Source: Candidatus Latescibacterota bacterium
GTDB lineage: Bacteria; Latescibacterota; UBA2968; GCA-2709665
NCBI GenBank assembly: GCA_965248435.1
Contig: OZ252100.1
Coordinates: 5,216,001-5,280,000 of the forward strand
Direction of reading: 5' to 3'
DNA: 64,000 nucleotides
In this document: positions 1 through 10,319 of the stretch, in pieces
Layout of the letters: every line of letters starts with the position of its first letter
Numbering within the stretch: position 1 is the stretch's first letter
Notes under the pieces: generated by a model
The model's database searches: none
The model's input: only the letters and a program-made list of their open reading frames with translations
What the model was told of the DNA's origin: nothing
Translations under genes and position numbers: made by a program

Positions 1-1
1 C

Positions 2-517
2 TGCCAGGGAGAGGCAGACCTGGATGACATCCTGTCGGGGGTCGATCATCTGGCTTCGTCGGGCAAGGCCTCGCCCGATCGTGTGGGGATCTTCGGGGGG
101 TCCTACGGGGGCTACATGACACTGCGGGCCCTGGCCGTGACGGATCGATTTCGGGCAGGGGTTGCGCTCTACGGTTTCGTTTTAAATCGATGGATGACTC
201 TGGAGACAGGGGACTTTACGTATGAACGCGAATATGTTGCCCCGCTCTCGTGGCCTCCGTCCGAAGCTGCGGTCAGGAGCGATGTCTTCAGTCACCTGGG
301 TTCGATCGACGCTCCGCTGCTTCTGCTTCACGGCGACCGCGATCCGATCTGCTCACTCTCACAATCGGTTGTCACGTGTCGAGCGCTGGAAGCGAGAGGC
401 GTCCGGGTCGGTCTTGTGATCTATCCGGGAGAGGGGCACGGATTTCGGAAGAAGATGAACGTGAGGGATTGTGCGCGTCGAACGCTCGCCTGGTTTTTGG
501 AGCATCTGCCACCCTAG
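2..517 (+). CDS. S9 family (prolyl oligopeptidase/acylaminoacyl peptidase) C-terminal part; 5'-truncated by the window
   Basis: Open frame from base 2; GGSYGG nucleophile elbow, HGDRD and YPGEGHGF catalytic Asp/His motifs. Confidence 0.9.
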   Translation, partial: CQGEADLDDILSGVDHLASSGKASPDRVGIFGGSYGGYMTLRALAVTDRFRAGVALYGFVLNRWMTLETGDFTYEREYVAPLSWPPSEAAVRSDVFSHLGSIDAPLLLLHGDRDPICSLSQSVVTCRALEARGVRVGLVIYPGEGHGFRKKMNVRDCARRTLAWFLEHLPP

Positions 518-805
518 GGATGCGATGAGCAAGTCGGTCATCCCTGGCAGTTGCTGATTCTTTAGACTCGCCAGGTGAGCGGCAGTCCTAAAACTCGCTG
601 GATGCACCGCTCAATGCCATCAGGGCCGCGGTGTGCGACTTACCGTGCAGAGAGTGGATTTCTCCACCCAGCGGTTTGGTTTCTCAGTGATCGTGAGCGC
701 GTGGAGAGGATTTGGCCGTCCTGCCGTGATCATTTTTTCCACTGAGGGTAAGGTGCCGCGGCCTAAGCCTCCCCGGCGTTTGAGGGGCGTCTTTCTTTTG
801 CCTTC

Positions 806-870
806 GGGCGCGGCACGCCGCGCCCCTACGGCGAAATCTTGGAGTGTAGGGGCACAGCCGCGCTGTGCCC
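806..870. repeat. Inverted pair of GTAG-type REP-like palindromes
   Basis: Minus strand 829-806 GTAGGGGCGCGGCGTGCCGCGCCC and plus strand 846-870 GTAGGGGCACAGCCGCGCTGTGCCC; each is GTAG followed by a GC-rich hairpin, in an intergenic region between convergent genes. Confidence 0.6.
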
Positions 871-1011
871 AAGGGTGGCGGTTGCGGTAGCCCTTTTCTT
901 GTGGCGAGACAAGAAAAGCATGCCCTGAGCTTGCCGAAGGGTTGGCCGCCGGAGGCACGGGGCTGTGGGGTGGGGCGAATGGCTTCAGGGTCTAATAAAC
1001 ACGAGTGTCTT

Positions 1012-2280
1012 TTACTCGGAAACCGACACACCTTCCACGGAATCGAGTGAAGGCGGTCTTCCGCCGGGGAAATATTCATACCCACGGAGGTCGATAGGCG
1101 ATGCGGTCCCGGCCCACTCTACGCCCAGTTCAGAGAAGAGTTTTCCCTCCTCGAACGTCTGATCGAGCAGGTCCGAAATGCCCTCGATGGTCTGAAACCG
1201 GTCTACGACCCCATCCCGATTCGTTTCTGAGACCTCTTCGACGTGCGAGGCAGGTATTTGAGCGATTTCAGGACAGCTTTCGTGGGCGCCGTTAGCGCAG
1301 AGGGTCTGTGAGTTGCTGTTTTCAGGGATGCAGAGGAGCTCGGCCCCTTCGCGAATACCCTGGATCACATTGCGGAAGGGGAGGGTCGCGAGGTCGACGT
1401 CACCGTTGTCGAGTCTCTCTTCCTTCCCGTCTTCGTGGTCGATCCGGGTTTCTCCCTCCTCGAACTTCCAGTTGGCGATCGCGTTCTCACAGAAAAGTCG
1501 CATCCGCGGATGTTTAGTCTCCATCGTCGCGTGTGAGAACGCGAGAACGATCTCCACGCCGCTCGTGGTCAGCACGCGCATGCTTACGGTATCGGCAGTC
1601 TCGATATCACGAGCGTGATAGAGTTCGGCCTCTACCGACGCCACACCTGCTGTCTCGTTCTGATCGGCGCCGCAGAGGAAGAGGGCGTTGTTGAGATAGT
1701 GCGAAAACGCATTGTTGAACAGGCTGTCGATCACCCACCTGTCGCCAAGCTTGAGCTTTCCCGCCCATTCGTTTCGTGTGTAGTAGACATCCCCCCTCGG
1801 CCATCCGGACTTGACGTGGATCATCTTTGGTAGACCCAGAGCCCCTTCCAGAAGTCGCGATTTCAGAGTCTGAATCGATCGGCTGTAGATATTCTGATAG
1901 CCGATGGCGACGTGTCTTCCGGTCTTCCGCTTTGCGGCGATGACCCGATCTGCCTCCTGTACGACAGAGGTGAGCGGTTTTTCGCAGACGACGTCGCAGC
2001 CGCTCTCGATACAGGCTACGGTCTGCGGGACGTGGTCGTGCATGCCCGTGGCCAGCGTCACGACGTCGACCCCACCTGCGCTCAAGAGGTCTTCGAGCGA
2101 TTCGAAGGTCCGGATCCCTCTCTGAGAAAGCACCGCGAGCTGGTCGGCAACTCGATCTGGACGATGATCCACGACGGCCTCCAGCCGGGCGATCCCTTCG
2201 GCTTCGAGCGTGTTGATGACGTCGATGTGCGTGTCGCCATATCCGCCGATTCCAACGACAGCGAACCTCACAGGCTCCAT
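1012..2280 (-). CDS. Gfo/Idh/MocA family oxidoreductase
   Basis: GIGGYG Rossmann motif, CEKP motif. Confidence 0.9.
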   Translation of the reverse strand: MEPVRFAVVGIGGYGDTHIDVINTLEAEGIARLEAVVDHRPDRVADQLAVLSQRGIRTFESLEDLLSAGGVDVVTLATGMHDHVPQTVACIESGCDVVCEKPLTSVVQEADRVIAAKRKTGRHVAIGYQNIYSRSIQTLKSRLLEGALGLPKMIHVKSGWPRGDVYYTRNEWAGKLKLGDRWVIDSLFNNAFSHYLNNALFLCGADQNETAGVASVEAELYHARDIETADTVSMRVLTTSGVEIVLAFSHATMETKHPRMRLFCENAIANWKFEEGETRIDHEDGKEERLDNGDVDLATLPFRNVIQGIREGAELLCIPENSNSQTLCANGAHESCPEIAQIPASHVEEVSETNRDGVVDRFQTIEGISDLLDQTFEEGKLFSELGVEWAGTASPIDLRGYEYFPGGRPPSLDSVEGVSVSE

Positions 2281-2539
2281 AAGACTCCTCTTCGAACTGT
2301 TCCGTGGGAATTAAAGCGTTTCGGCAAAGGAAGAAAAGCAAACCGATAAGATGAGGCAAGGGGCAATGTCACCACTCAGCGAAGAAGGCATGGATCCTCG
2401 GAAGGGCCTCTCCGAGTGACTGGAATCGGTTCGAAGCATACTTCGCTTATTTTCCCCTTGACACAGTTCGGGTCGATGGCGTTATTGTTTTTGAGTTGAA
2501 AGAACCGCTTTTTCTGACACGTAACTATTGTATAAACAA

Positions 2540-3391
2540 ATGGATACAAGCTGCCTTCAGTACTGTCTCACCGCCGAAGAGCGGACACAGTTCGAAGAAC
2601 GGGGTTACTTCATCCTCGATCAAGTCCTGTCTCCTGAGATGGTGACCAAACTGACCGCCGCGTCGGACCGAGTCGACGCAGCTTTTCGCGCGAAGGAGGG
2701 GTTGGGCCCTCACGACCGATCCAACGTCATGGGGTTTGCCGGCGAAGACGAGCTCTTCCTGGAGCTCGTCGACTGGCCCAGGACCTTTCCCAAGGTCTGG
2801 GGAATCCTGGGGTGGAACATCCAACTGTATCACGCGCACATGACCATCACCCCTCCGAACGATCCTGGTCTGCCGCGTGTCAAGCAGCGGCTTCACTGGC
2901 ACCAGGACAGCGGTCGTCTGAACAAAGACATCGAGTCGATCCCAAGACCCCGCATTTCTCTGAAGGTCGCCTATTTCTTGTCCGACACCACCGAAGAGGG
3001 CCGGGCGAATTTTTACGTCATACCGGGAAGCCATCTCTCTGGCAGGCTGGACTTACCTGGCGATGGCGTTTCGGACCCCGATGCGGCCGTTCCGGTTCGC
3101 GTTCCGCCAGGAACGGCCGTCTTGTTCGATCGGAGGCTCTGGCACTCAGCGAGTGAAAACTTTTCGGACGTGACACGGAAGGTTCTGTTCTATGGTTACA
3201 GCTATCGGTGGCTGCGTCCGAGGGATGACATGTCAATCGTTCGATTCATGGATCGTTGCGATCCGATTCGGCAGCAGCTTCTCGGAGCAAGTGCTACGGG
3301 AGGCCGTGGATTCACCAGCCCGGAAGATGTGGACGTGCCCTTGCGCGCCTGGCTTGGGGAGCATCTGGGCGAAGAAGCCGTCGTCGCGTGA
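2540..3391 (+). CDS. Phytanoyl-CoA dioxygenase (PhyH) family Fe(II)/2OG dioxygenase
   Basis: WHQD...VIPGSH...LWHS...R motifs; ATG at 2540 chosen over TTG at 2528. Confidence 0.9.
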   Translation: MDTSCLQYCLTAEERTQFEERGYFILDQVLSPEMVTKLTAASDRVDAAFRAKEGLGPHDRSNVMGFAGEDELFLELVDWPRTFPKVWGILGWNIQLYHAHMTITPPNDPGLPRVKQRLHWHQDSGRLNKDIESIPRPRISLKVAYFLSDTTEEGRANFYVIPGSHLSGRLDLPGDGVSDPDAAVPVRVPPGTAVLFDRRLWHSASENFSDVTRKVLFYGYSYRWLRPRDDMSIVRFMDRCDPIRQQLLGASATGGRGFTSPEDVDVPLRAWLGEHLGEEAVVA

Positions 3392-3406
3392 GAAAGTGAG
3401 GAAGAA

Positions 3407-4483
3407 ATGAAATTAGGCCTCTTCATGATGTCGCTTCATCCGCCCGAGAAAGATCGGACGACCTGCTTCGATGAAGATCTCGAGCTGGTCGTTCTGGCGG
3501 ACAAATTGGGGTTCACGGAGGCCTGGGTCGGTCAGCACCATACGGCCGGGTGGGAGCCGATCCCCTCGAACGACGTGTTTATCGCCCACGCGCTGCCACA
3601 GACGAAGAACATCCGCTTTGGTACCGGGGTGACGATCATCACCCAGCACCATCCCGCCAACGTCGCGGTCAGACTGGCCTATCTCGACCACCTGGCCAAA
3701 GGTCGGCTCAACGTCGGCTTCGGACAGGGCGGCGTGCCGAGCGATTGGGCGCTCTTCGATCTGCCGGACCCGAGGGAGCAGGGTCTGATGAGCCTGGAGG
3801 CGATGGACATTGTGCTCAAGCTCTGGAAAGAAGAGGCGCCGTTCGAATACAAGGGCAAGTACTGGAACCTGAGGATGGAGGAAAAGGTCCCGGAACTTGG
3901 TTTGGGACAGCTGTTGAAACCTTATCAAAAGCCGCATCCGCCAATCGCGATGAGCATCGTAAAGGAGGAGTCGATGGCCGCAAAGACGGGCGGTCAACGA
4001 GGGTTTCTGCCGATCAGCATCAACATGGCCCCGGCCCACAAGGTGAAGCGGCAGTGGGAGCTCTACAACGAAGGCGCTGCAGAAGGGGGACAGCCGGAGC
4101 CCCAGCGTTCCAACTGGCGGATCTCGCGATCTATCTTCGTGGGCGAATCGGATGAAGCGGCCAGGGAACACGCACTGAACAGTCCGTTCATGGGGTCGCT
4201 CCTCTACCTCAGAGGGATGCTCACCCTTGCTGGCATGCTGGACCTGTTGAAGCGAGACCCCGATATGCCGGATGAAGCCGTCACCGCAGAGTATATCGTC
4301 GACAACATCGCCGTCGTCGGCAGCGTGGATACGGTGACGCGAAAGCTCCAGGATATCTACGACCTGACCGGAGGGTTTGGTACCGTGCTGATGATTGCTC
4401 ACGATTGGCACGACAGGGAGAAGTCGATGCGGTCGATTGAGCTGCTTGCAAAGGAAGTTGTGCCTGCTCTACCGGCTGTCTGA
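3407..4483 (+). CDS. LLM (luciferase-like) flavin-dependent monooxygenase
   Basis: ADKLGFTEAWVGQHH, IRFGTGV, LDHLAKGR, KPYQKPHPP motifs. Confidence 0.9.
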   Translation: MKLGLFMMSLHPPEKDRTTCFDEDLELVVLADKLGFTEAWVGQHHTAGWEPIPSNDVFIAHALPQTKNIRFGTGVTIITQHHPANVAVRLAYLDHLAKGRLNVGFGQGGVPSDWALFDLPDPREQGLMSLEAMDIVLKLWKEEAPFEYKGKYWNLRMEEKVPELGLGQLLKPYQKPHPPIAMSIVKEESMAAKTGGQRGFLPISINMAPAHKVKRQWELYNEGAAEGGQPEPQRSNWRISRSIFVGESDEAAREHALNSPFMGSLLYLRGMLTLAGMLDLLKRDPDMPDEAVTAEYIVDNIAVVGSVDTVTRKLQDIYDLTGGFGTVLMIAHDWHDREKSMRSIELLAKEVVPALPAV

Positions 4484-4495
4484 AGAGGGGAACGC

Positions 4496-4972
4496 ATGCC
4501 GTTTGATTCCACTTTGCAGCGACAGATCATGGGGCACTTCGCGACCGGTGTCACTGTTGTTACAACTCGCCTGGGTGACGAACTGTGGGGGATGACGGCG
4601 AACTCGGTCCTGTCTGTCTCGCTCGATCCTCCCCTGATGCTGGTTTCAGTCGATCTGCGCAACCGGATTCACAAGTTCCTGACAGAGAGCAAGTGTTTCG
4701 CGATCAACATCCTCACGGCGGAACAGGAATCCATCTCGAACCGGTTTGCGTCTCCGGGACCCAAAGATTTCTCCGGGATAGAGCTGACGACGGCAGAGAC
4801 GGGCGCGCCAATTTTCGCGGACGCCCTGGCATACCTGGACTGCAGACTCGTCGAAGTTGTCTCTGGCGGTGATCACGATATGTTTATGGGAGAACCTGTG
4901 GCGGGCAAGACGAGTGAGGGCCAGCCTTTGATCTTCTATCAGGGGAACTACACCGGGCTGGCGACTTCGTAG
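4496..4972 (+). CDS. Flavin reductase (HpaC/RutF-like)
   Basis: FATGVTVVT, SVSLDPPL, GGDH motifs; adjacent to the LLM monooxygenase. Confidence 0.92.
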   Translation: MPFDSTLQRQIMGHFATGVTVVTTRLGDELWGMTANSVLSVSLDPPLMLVSVDLRNRIHKFLTESKCFAINILTAEQESISNRFASPGPKDFSGIELTTAETGAPIFADALAYLDCRLVEVVSGGDHDMFMGEPVAGKTSEGQPLIFYQGNYTGLATS

Positions 4973-4989
4973 CCAGCGGAGGAGGAAGT

Positions 4990-5844
4990 GTGGCGGGATT
5001 GGATCCACAGCAGCTTTCGTTCTACAAGGACCAGGGATACCTCATCGTCGAAGATGCGTTCCCTCGAGGGAGTCTCGATCCTGTCATCAACGATCTGAGT
5101 CAGGAAATCGATCTTGCAGCTCAGGAAGCTCATTCAGAAGGCCGCCTCAGAGAGCTGTTCGAACAGGAGCCGTTCGAGCGGCGACTCCTCCGGATCAGCG
5201 AGGCCGTAAAAGATCCCACCGACATCCTGCGCAGAGTAAAGGGCAAGCGGAAGACACAGGGAACGTTCGATTTGATCACACACCCCGCGATCCTGGATAT
5301 CGTGGAGTCTGTGATCGGGTCCGAGATCCTGGCGCATCCCCAGTTCAACGTGCGGGCGAAGCTCCCTGGTGAGGACGAAACGGTCGTCCCGTGGCATCAG
5401 GACCTGGCCTACCTGCGGTCGGACGCCGAAGAGACCTTTATGGTCAACTTTTGGATCCCGCTCGTCGACACCACGCTTGAGAACGGGGGGATGGAGGTGA
5501 TTCCCGGCAGTCATAAAGTCGGGCTCATCGAGCACGAACACGACATGGGCCCTGCCGGAAATTTTTCCGGGATTCCGGACGAGAGGCTGCCGGAAGGGGC
5601 ACCGGTGGCCTGTCCCATCCGAAAAGGGGGACTGCTCATCATCCAGCACAGGACGGCACATCGTTCGGTCCCCAATCGGTCCGACCATATCCGCTGGAGT
5701 CTGGATCTGCGCTACAGCGATCCCTCCTTTCCCACCGGACGCGACGGCACACCCGGATTCATCGCCCGGAGTCGAAAACACCCCGAAGCGGTGGCCAAGA
5801 ACCATCTGGATTGGCTGGAATTATTCGAATCGCGTTCTGGATAG
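4990..5844 (+). CDS. PhyH family dioxygenase (tandem copy 1)
   Basis: PWHQD, VIPGSH, HRSVPN, RWSLDLRY. Confidence 0.9.
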   Translation: MAGLDPQQLSFYKDQGYLIVEDAFPRGSLDPVINDLSQEIDLAAQEAHSEGRLRELFEQEPFERRLLRISEAVKDPTDILRRVKGKRKTQGTFDLITHPAILDIVESVIGSEILAHPQFNVRAKLPGEDETVVPWHQDLAYLRSDAEETFMVNFWIPLVDTTLENGGMEVIPGSHKVGLIEHEHDMGPAGNFSGIPDERLPEGAPVACPIRKGGLLIIQHRTAHRSVPNRSDHIRWSLDLRYSDPSFPTGRDGTPGFIARSRKHPEAVAKNHLDWLELFESRSG

Positions 5845-5848
5845 AACT

Positions 5849-6697
5849 GTGCCCAAAGGTCTGACAACCGAGCAGTGCTCTGAGTTTCTGGAGAAGGGAC
5901 ATCTTCTGGTTGAAGACGTGATCCCGTCCGAAGACCTCGACCCCGTTATCAGCGACATCGGCGAGAAGATCAGTGAGAAAGCGCGTGATGCGTTCGAAGC
6001 AGGGCGGCTTGATGATCCATACGAGGATGAGCCGTTCGACCGGCAACTGGCGATGATCTGCGAGGCGATGGAGGACTACTCGGACGTCTGGCGTGCGGTG
6101 ATGGACAAGAAGCTGAAATCGCCAGGGATGTTCGCCGTCATCACGAATCCTGGAATTCTGGATATCGTGGAGTCGCTCATCGGTTCGGAGATCCTCGCCC
6201 ATCCGCAGTGGAACTGCCAGGCGAAGCTGCCGCAGGAAGAGAAGTCCAAAGTGCCCTGGCATCAGGATCAGGCCCTTCTGAAGCCGGAGGCCGATCAGAC
6301 GTTCATGGTAAACCTCTGGACACCCCTGGTAGACGCCACCGTGGAGAATGGATGTTTAGAGGTAATTACGGGGAGTCACAAAACGGGATTGAGGCCACAT
6401 CAAAGGTTTCCCGGAGATGAAAGCGGGATCCTCGACGAAGATTTGCCCGATGGGGAGGCGGTCGCATGCCCCATCCTGAAAGGCGGTATCGTTCTGTTCA
6501 ACGGCAAGACGATTCACCGCTCGTTCGCGAACCGCACCGACCGGATCCGCTGGAGTCTGGACCTGCGCTACAGTGATCCAGCGCAGCCGACGGGCAGGGC
6601 CCACGTACCGGGATTCATCGCCCGTAGTAGAAAGCGACCCGAAGCGGTGGCAAAAAGCAATTTGGACTGGCTGGAATTGTTCGATTCTCGGGCATAG
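5849..6697 (+). CDS. PhyH family dioxygenase (tandem copy 2)
   Basis: PWHQD, VITGSH, HRSFAN, RWSLDLRY. Confidence 0.9.
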   Translation: MPKGLTTEQCSEFLEKGHLLVEDVIPSEDLDPVISDIGEKISEKARDAFEAGRLDDPYEDEPFDRQLAMICEAMEDYSDVWRAVMDKKLKSPGMFAVITNPGILDIVESLIGSEILAHPQWNCQAKLPQEEKSKVPWHQDQALLKPEADQTFMVNLWTPLVDATVENGCLEVITGSHKTGLRPHQRFPGDESGILDEDLPDGEAVACPILKGGIVLFNGKTIHRSFANRTDRIRWSLDLRYSDPAQPTGRAHVPGFIARSRKRPEAVAKSNLDWLELFDSRA

Positions 6698-6709
6698 AGG
6701 AAGAGAAAC

Positions 6710-7564
6710 ATGGCAGGAGGGCTGACGCCAGAGCAACTCGCTCAGTATTTGGAGAACGGACATCTTCTGGTTGAAGACGTGTTCCCGCCCGAAGACCTTG
6801 AGCCCCTTATCAGCGACATCACCGAAAGGATCGCCGAGAAGGCGCGCGAGGCGTTCGAGGCGGGACGCCTGGATGACCTCTATGAGGATGAGCCTTTCGA
6901 GCGGCGACTCGGCAGGATCTGTGACGCGATGGAGGACTACTCGGACATATGGAAAGCGGTGATGTACAAGAAGCTGAAGTCGCCGGGGATGTTCGCCGTC
7001 ATCTCGAATCCTGGGATTCTGGATGTCGTGGAGTCGATCATCGGTCCGGAGATCCTCGCCCATCCGCAGTGGAACTGTCAGGCGAAACTGCCGCGCGAGA
7101 GCCTATCCAAAGTGCCCTGGCATCAGGACCTCGCCTTCTTGAGTCCCGAGGCGGCGGAGACGTTCATGGTGAATGTCTGGACGCCGCTGGTGGATGTCGC
7201 GGTTCAGAATGGGTGCCTGGAGGTGATTACCGGAAGTCATAAAACTGGATTGAAACCCCACGGCGAAGTTCACAAGGAACAGACTCCCGGGATCCGTGAC
7301 GAACACCTGCCGGATGGGGAGGCCGTGGCCTGTCCCGTTCGAAGAGGGGGCGTGGTCCTGTTTCAGAGCAGGACGATGCACCGCTCGTTCGCGAACCGCT
7401 CCGACGGCCTCCGCTGGAGTCTGGACCTGCGCTACACCGATCCTGCTCAGCCGACGGGCCGTGAACACACCCCCGGGTTCATCGCTCGGAGCCGGAAGCA
7501 TCCCGAGTCGGTCGCCAAGAGCCATCTGGATTGGATCGATCTGGTGGAGAGATCTGAAGCGTGA
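6710..7564 (+). CDS. PhyH family dioxygenase (tandem copy 3)
   Basis: Same motifs; long near-identical DNA stretches shared with copy 2. Confidence 0.9.
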   Translation: MAGGLTPEQLAQYLENGHLLVEDVFPPEDLEPLISDITERIAEKAREAFEAGRLDDLYEDEPFERRLGRICDAMEDYSDIWKAVMYKKLKSPGMFAVISNPGILDVVESIIGPEILAHPQWNCQAKLPRESLSKVPWHQDLAFLSPEAAETFMVNVWTPLVDVAVQNGCLEVITGSHKTGLKPHGEVHKEQTPGIRDEHLPDGEAVACPVRRGGVVLFQSRTMHRSFANRSDGLRWSLDLRYTDPAQPTGREHTPGFIARSRKHPESVAKSHLDWIDLVERSEA

Positions 7565-7616
7565 ATCTGGATTGTGCCGGGGAGGCGGGAGGATCCGTGA
7601 CGGGTGAAACGGGCGA

Positions 7617-8765
7617 TCAGCCGATCCCTTCGTTCGGGATGATCGTGGCTTTGACACAGCGCATGGCCATCGCGCTCTGTATGGCGTCGGAAACGCCCGC
7701 TTCGGTGAACGGGAACGTCGTCTGCATCAGGTGCCACGGGTAGCGATCCCGGGCGCGATCCAGCATGTCGATCGCCAGCGGGATGTCGTTCGCGGTGAAG
7801 CCCCAGCTGCCCAGGAGGTTGATGTCTTTCGTGCAGATCCGGTGCCAGTTCGTTTCGACCGATCCGGCATCCGTGAACTGGCCCATTTCGACGTAGGTTC
7901 CCCCGTCCCGAAGCATCTCGATTCCCTCAGGACCTGAAGAAGGGTGACCCGTGCACTCCATAACAAGGTCGGCCCCGAAGCCGCCGACGATCTCCCGGAC
8001 CGCTCCCACACGCGCCTCCGGCGTCCTGTGTTCATCGATGGAGACCGTTGCGTCTGCCCCGAATTCGCGGCAGAGGGCCAGCCTGGGCTCTTCCGGGGCG
8101 CCTACGGCCACGACCTTTCCGGCACCCATCTCCTGGGCGGCGACGATGGCCAGGACGCCGATCGGCCCCGATCCCTGTACCACGACCGTGTCTCCGTTCT
8201 TGAAGCCTCCTGCCGAAACGGCCCGATTGATGCCTCGAACGCACGAGGTCAGTGGCTCTGAGAGCGACCCGAGCATCAGCGACATATCATCCGGCAGTCG
8301 GTAGATCTTGGTCGCCGGCAGCATGTCCAGATCCACATAGACCATTTCTGCCCAGCCCCCCCAGAGATGGGGCGGTTTTTCAAATGGCAGGTAGCGGCCA
8401 TAGTAGGTGGGGTTGAGACACTTGTTGGCGTTGAGGGGGTAGTGCACGCAGTAGTAGCACACCCCGCAGGGCATCAGGGGCGGAAGCATGACTTTGCTTC
8501 CTTCGGATAAGGGCTGGTCCATGAAGTCGGCTTCCAGAGCCGGCCCCTTTTCCACGATCACGCCGGAAAGCTCGTGTCCGAGCGTAAACGGCCACGGCAG
8601 CGGTTTGGGCCAGTGACCCTTCAGGATGTGAAGGTCGGTGCCGCAAACGCCACACGCCCCGATCTGGATGAGGGCGGCCCGGTCGGGGACCTCCGGCCTG
8701 GGCACCGTCTGGATCTTCGGCTCGGTGCCTGGACCATCGAACGTTGCGACCTGCACATCTGGCAT
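7617..8765 (-). CDS. Zinc-dependent alcohol dehydrogenase (MDR family)
   Basis: CGTD, GHE, structural Zn CGVCYYC...C, GSGPIG; ATG at 8765 preceded by GGAG. Confidence 0.9.
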   Translation of the reverse strand: MPDVQVATFDGPGTEPKIQTVPRPEVPDRAALIQIGACGVCGTDLHILKGHWPKPLPWPFTLGHELSGVIVEKGPALEADFMDQPLSEGSKVMLPPLMPCGVCYYCVHYPLNANKCLNPTYYGRYLPFEKPPHLWGGWAEMVYVDLDMLPATKIYRLPDDMSLMLGSLSEPLTSCVRGINRAVSAGGFKNGDTVVVQGSGPIGVLAIVAAQEMGAGKVVAVGAPEEPRLALCREFGADATVSIDEHRTPEARVGAVREIVGGFGADLVMECTGHPSSGPEGIEMLRDGGTYVEMGQFTDAGSVETNWHRICTKDINLLGSWGFTANDIPLAIDMLDRARDRYPWHLMQTTFPFTEAGVSDAIQSAMAMRCVKATIIPNEGIG

Positions 8766-8820
8766 GTTAAGCTCCACTTCTGAGATTCACACGATTTCAC
8801 TTCAAACAAGGAGGTGTCAC

Positions 8821-9402
8821 GTGGCTTTCACGGTGCAAATCGGCGATACTGCGCCTGACTTCGAGTTGCAAGCGACCGACGGCAAGACCTACACACTTTC
8901 TGATTTCGATGAGGCAGAGGCCCTCGTGGTTTTCTTCACGTGCAATCACTGCCCCTACGTGATCGGATCGGACGAGGTGACGCGCGAGACCGCCGATCGA
9001 TTCGCCAACAAAGGTGTCAGGTTTGTCGGCATCAACTCGAACAGCGAGACCACCCATCCGGACGACAGCTTTGAGCACATGGTCGAGCGGATGGAGACCC
9101 ACAACTTTCCCTGGGTCTATCTCCACGACAAATCGCAGGAGGTCGCCAAGGCCTACGGCGCGCTCAGGACGCCCCATTTCTACATCTTCGACGGAGATCG
9201 AAAGCTCGTGTATACGGGGCGGGCGGTCGACAATCCGAAAGAGACTTCCCAGATGACGGTCAACGATCTCGAAAATGCACTGAACGATCAGTTACAGGGC
9301 CACGCCGTCGGCACTCCGCTTACGAATCCGCTTGGATGTAACGTGAAGTGGGAAGGCCAGGACGGTCACTGGATGCCTGCTGAGGCCTGCGACCTGGTGT
9401 AG
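8821..9402 (+). CDS. Thioredoxin-like/AhpC-TSA redoxin family protein
   Basis: APDFEL, CNHCPYV, GCNVKW; GTG start after AGGAGG. Confidence 0.9.
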   Translation: MAFTVQIGDTAPDFELQATDGKTYTLSDFDEAEALVVFFTCNHCPYVIGSDEVTRETADRFANKGVRFVGINSNSETTHPDDSFEHMVERMETHNFPWVYLHDKSQEVAKAYGALRTPHFYIFDGDRKLVYTGRAVDNPKETSQMTVNDLENALNDQLQGHAVGTPLTNPLGCNVKWEGQDGHWMPAEACDLV

Positions 9403-9406
9403 GCCC

Positions 9407-10183
9407 TCAAAGGCCTGCGATCTTTTTTACGAGATCTCTGCTTCTCTTTACCGACTCGATCGGTTCAGAGAGGTTCGGGTTTAGTTCAATGCTGACGGGT
9501 CCAGCGTAGCCGGTTTCATTCAGGGCCTCGAGGGTTCCGCCGAGTAATTCCTCGGTCAGAACTCCGTCTGTCAGTTCCAGGTGGAGGTCGCCTTCCCCAT
9601 CGTTGTCATCCAGGTGAACGTAGGCCAGGCGATCGCCGGCCTGTCTGATCGTGTTCGCAGGATCCTCTCCCGAGATCTGGATATGACCGATATCGAACAA
9701 GAGGTAGAGGTTCGGGTGCCCGATCCCGTGGATGAATTCAAGCGTGCCTGAAGCGGTGAAGAGGGCCGTGTTCGGAAAGTGTTCGATGCAGAGTTTGAGG
9801 CCCAGAGAGCCGGCCGTTTCGGCCAGGGATTCGAGCGACCGAGCGTAGCGCGCCATCGATTCCGAGTCATCGCCTTTACCTGGGAGTACGTAGACCACGT
9901 CGGCACCCAGATCTTTCGAGGTACGCAGACCCTCTTCGATGTGGCGCATCGCTCGTGAGACTTCATCGGGGTCGGGATCGTCCAGCGCCGCGCCCTCCGG
10001 AATGCCAAACGATGCCCCGACGCTGGAGACGCGCAGCCCCAGTCCCACAGCTTTCTCCCTCGATGCCTCGGGAGTCAAGGTGTCGGGTTTCACGTCGATC
10101 AAATCGAATCCCGCCCCGGCGATCTCGTCAAGGACCCGATCGGTCGAGCCGGGAAGAGACCACACACAACAGGAGAGGGTCAC
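9407..10183 (-). CDS. Sugar-phosphate isomerase/epimerase (xylose isomerase-like TIM barrel)
   Basis: CIEH, FDIGH, YVHLDD, SIE metal ligands; GTG at 10183 after AGGAGG. Confidence 0.85.
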   Translation of the reverse strand: MTLSCCVWSLPGSTDRVLDEIAGAGFDLIDVKPDTLTPEASREKAVGLGLRVSSVGASFGIPEGAALDDPDPDEVSRAMRHIEEGLRTSKDLGADVVYVLPGKGDDSESMARYARSLESLAETAGSLGLKLCIEHFPNTALFTASGTLEFIHGIGHPNLYLLFDIGHIQISGEDPANTIRQAGDRLAYVHLDDNDGEGDLHLELTDGVLTEELLGGTLEALNETGYAGPVSIELNPNLSEPIESVKRSRDLVKKIAGL

Positions 10184-10319
10184 TACAGGCCTCCTTCTTG
10201 TCTTCGGGTGCGATAGTTTGGAAAGGTGCCAAAAAGATAGTCGGCTGCTGACAGCTATGCAAGGTGGTAATTTAGGACGAGAATTCATTATTTGAATCAG
10301 AACCGGAGGGAGCTTATTC

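Noticed and set aside
8638-8820. Extended N-termini from the ORF track (also 14230-14490, 10184-10321, 47192-47293)
   Set aside because: They overlap other genes or structured intergenic DNA, and downstream starts have better RBS or family-length support
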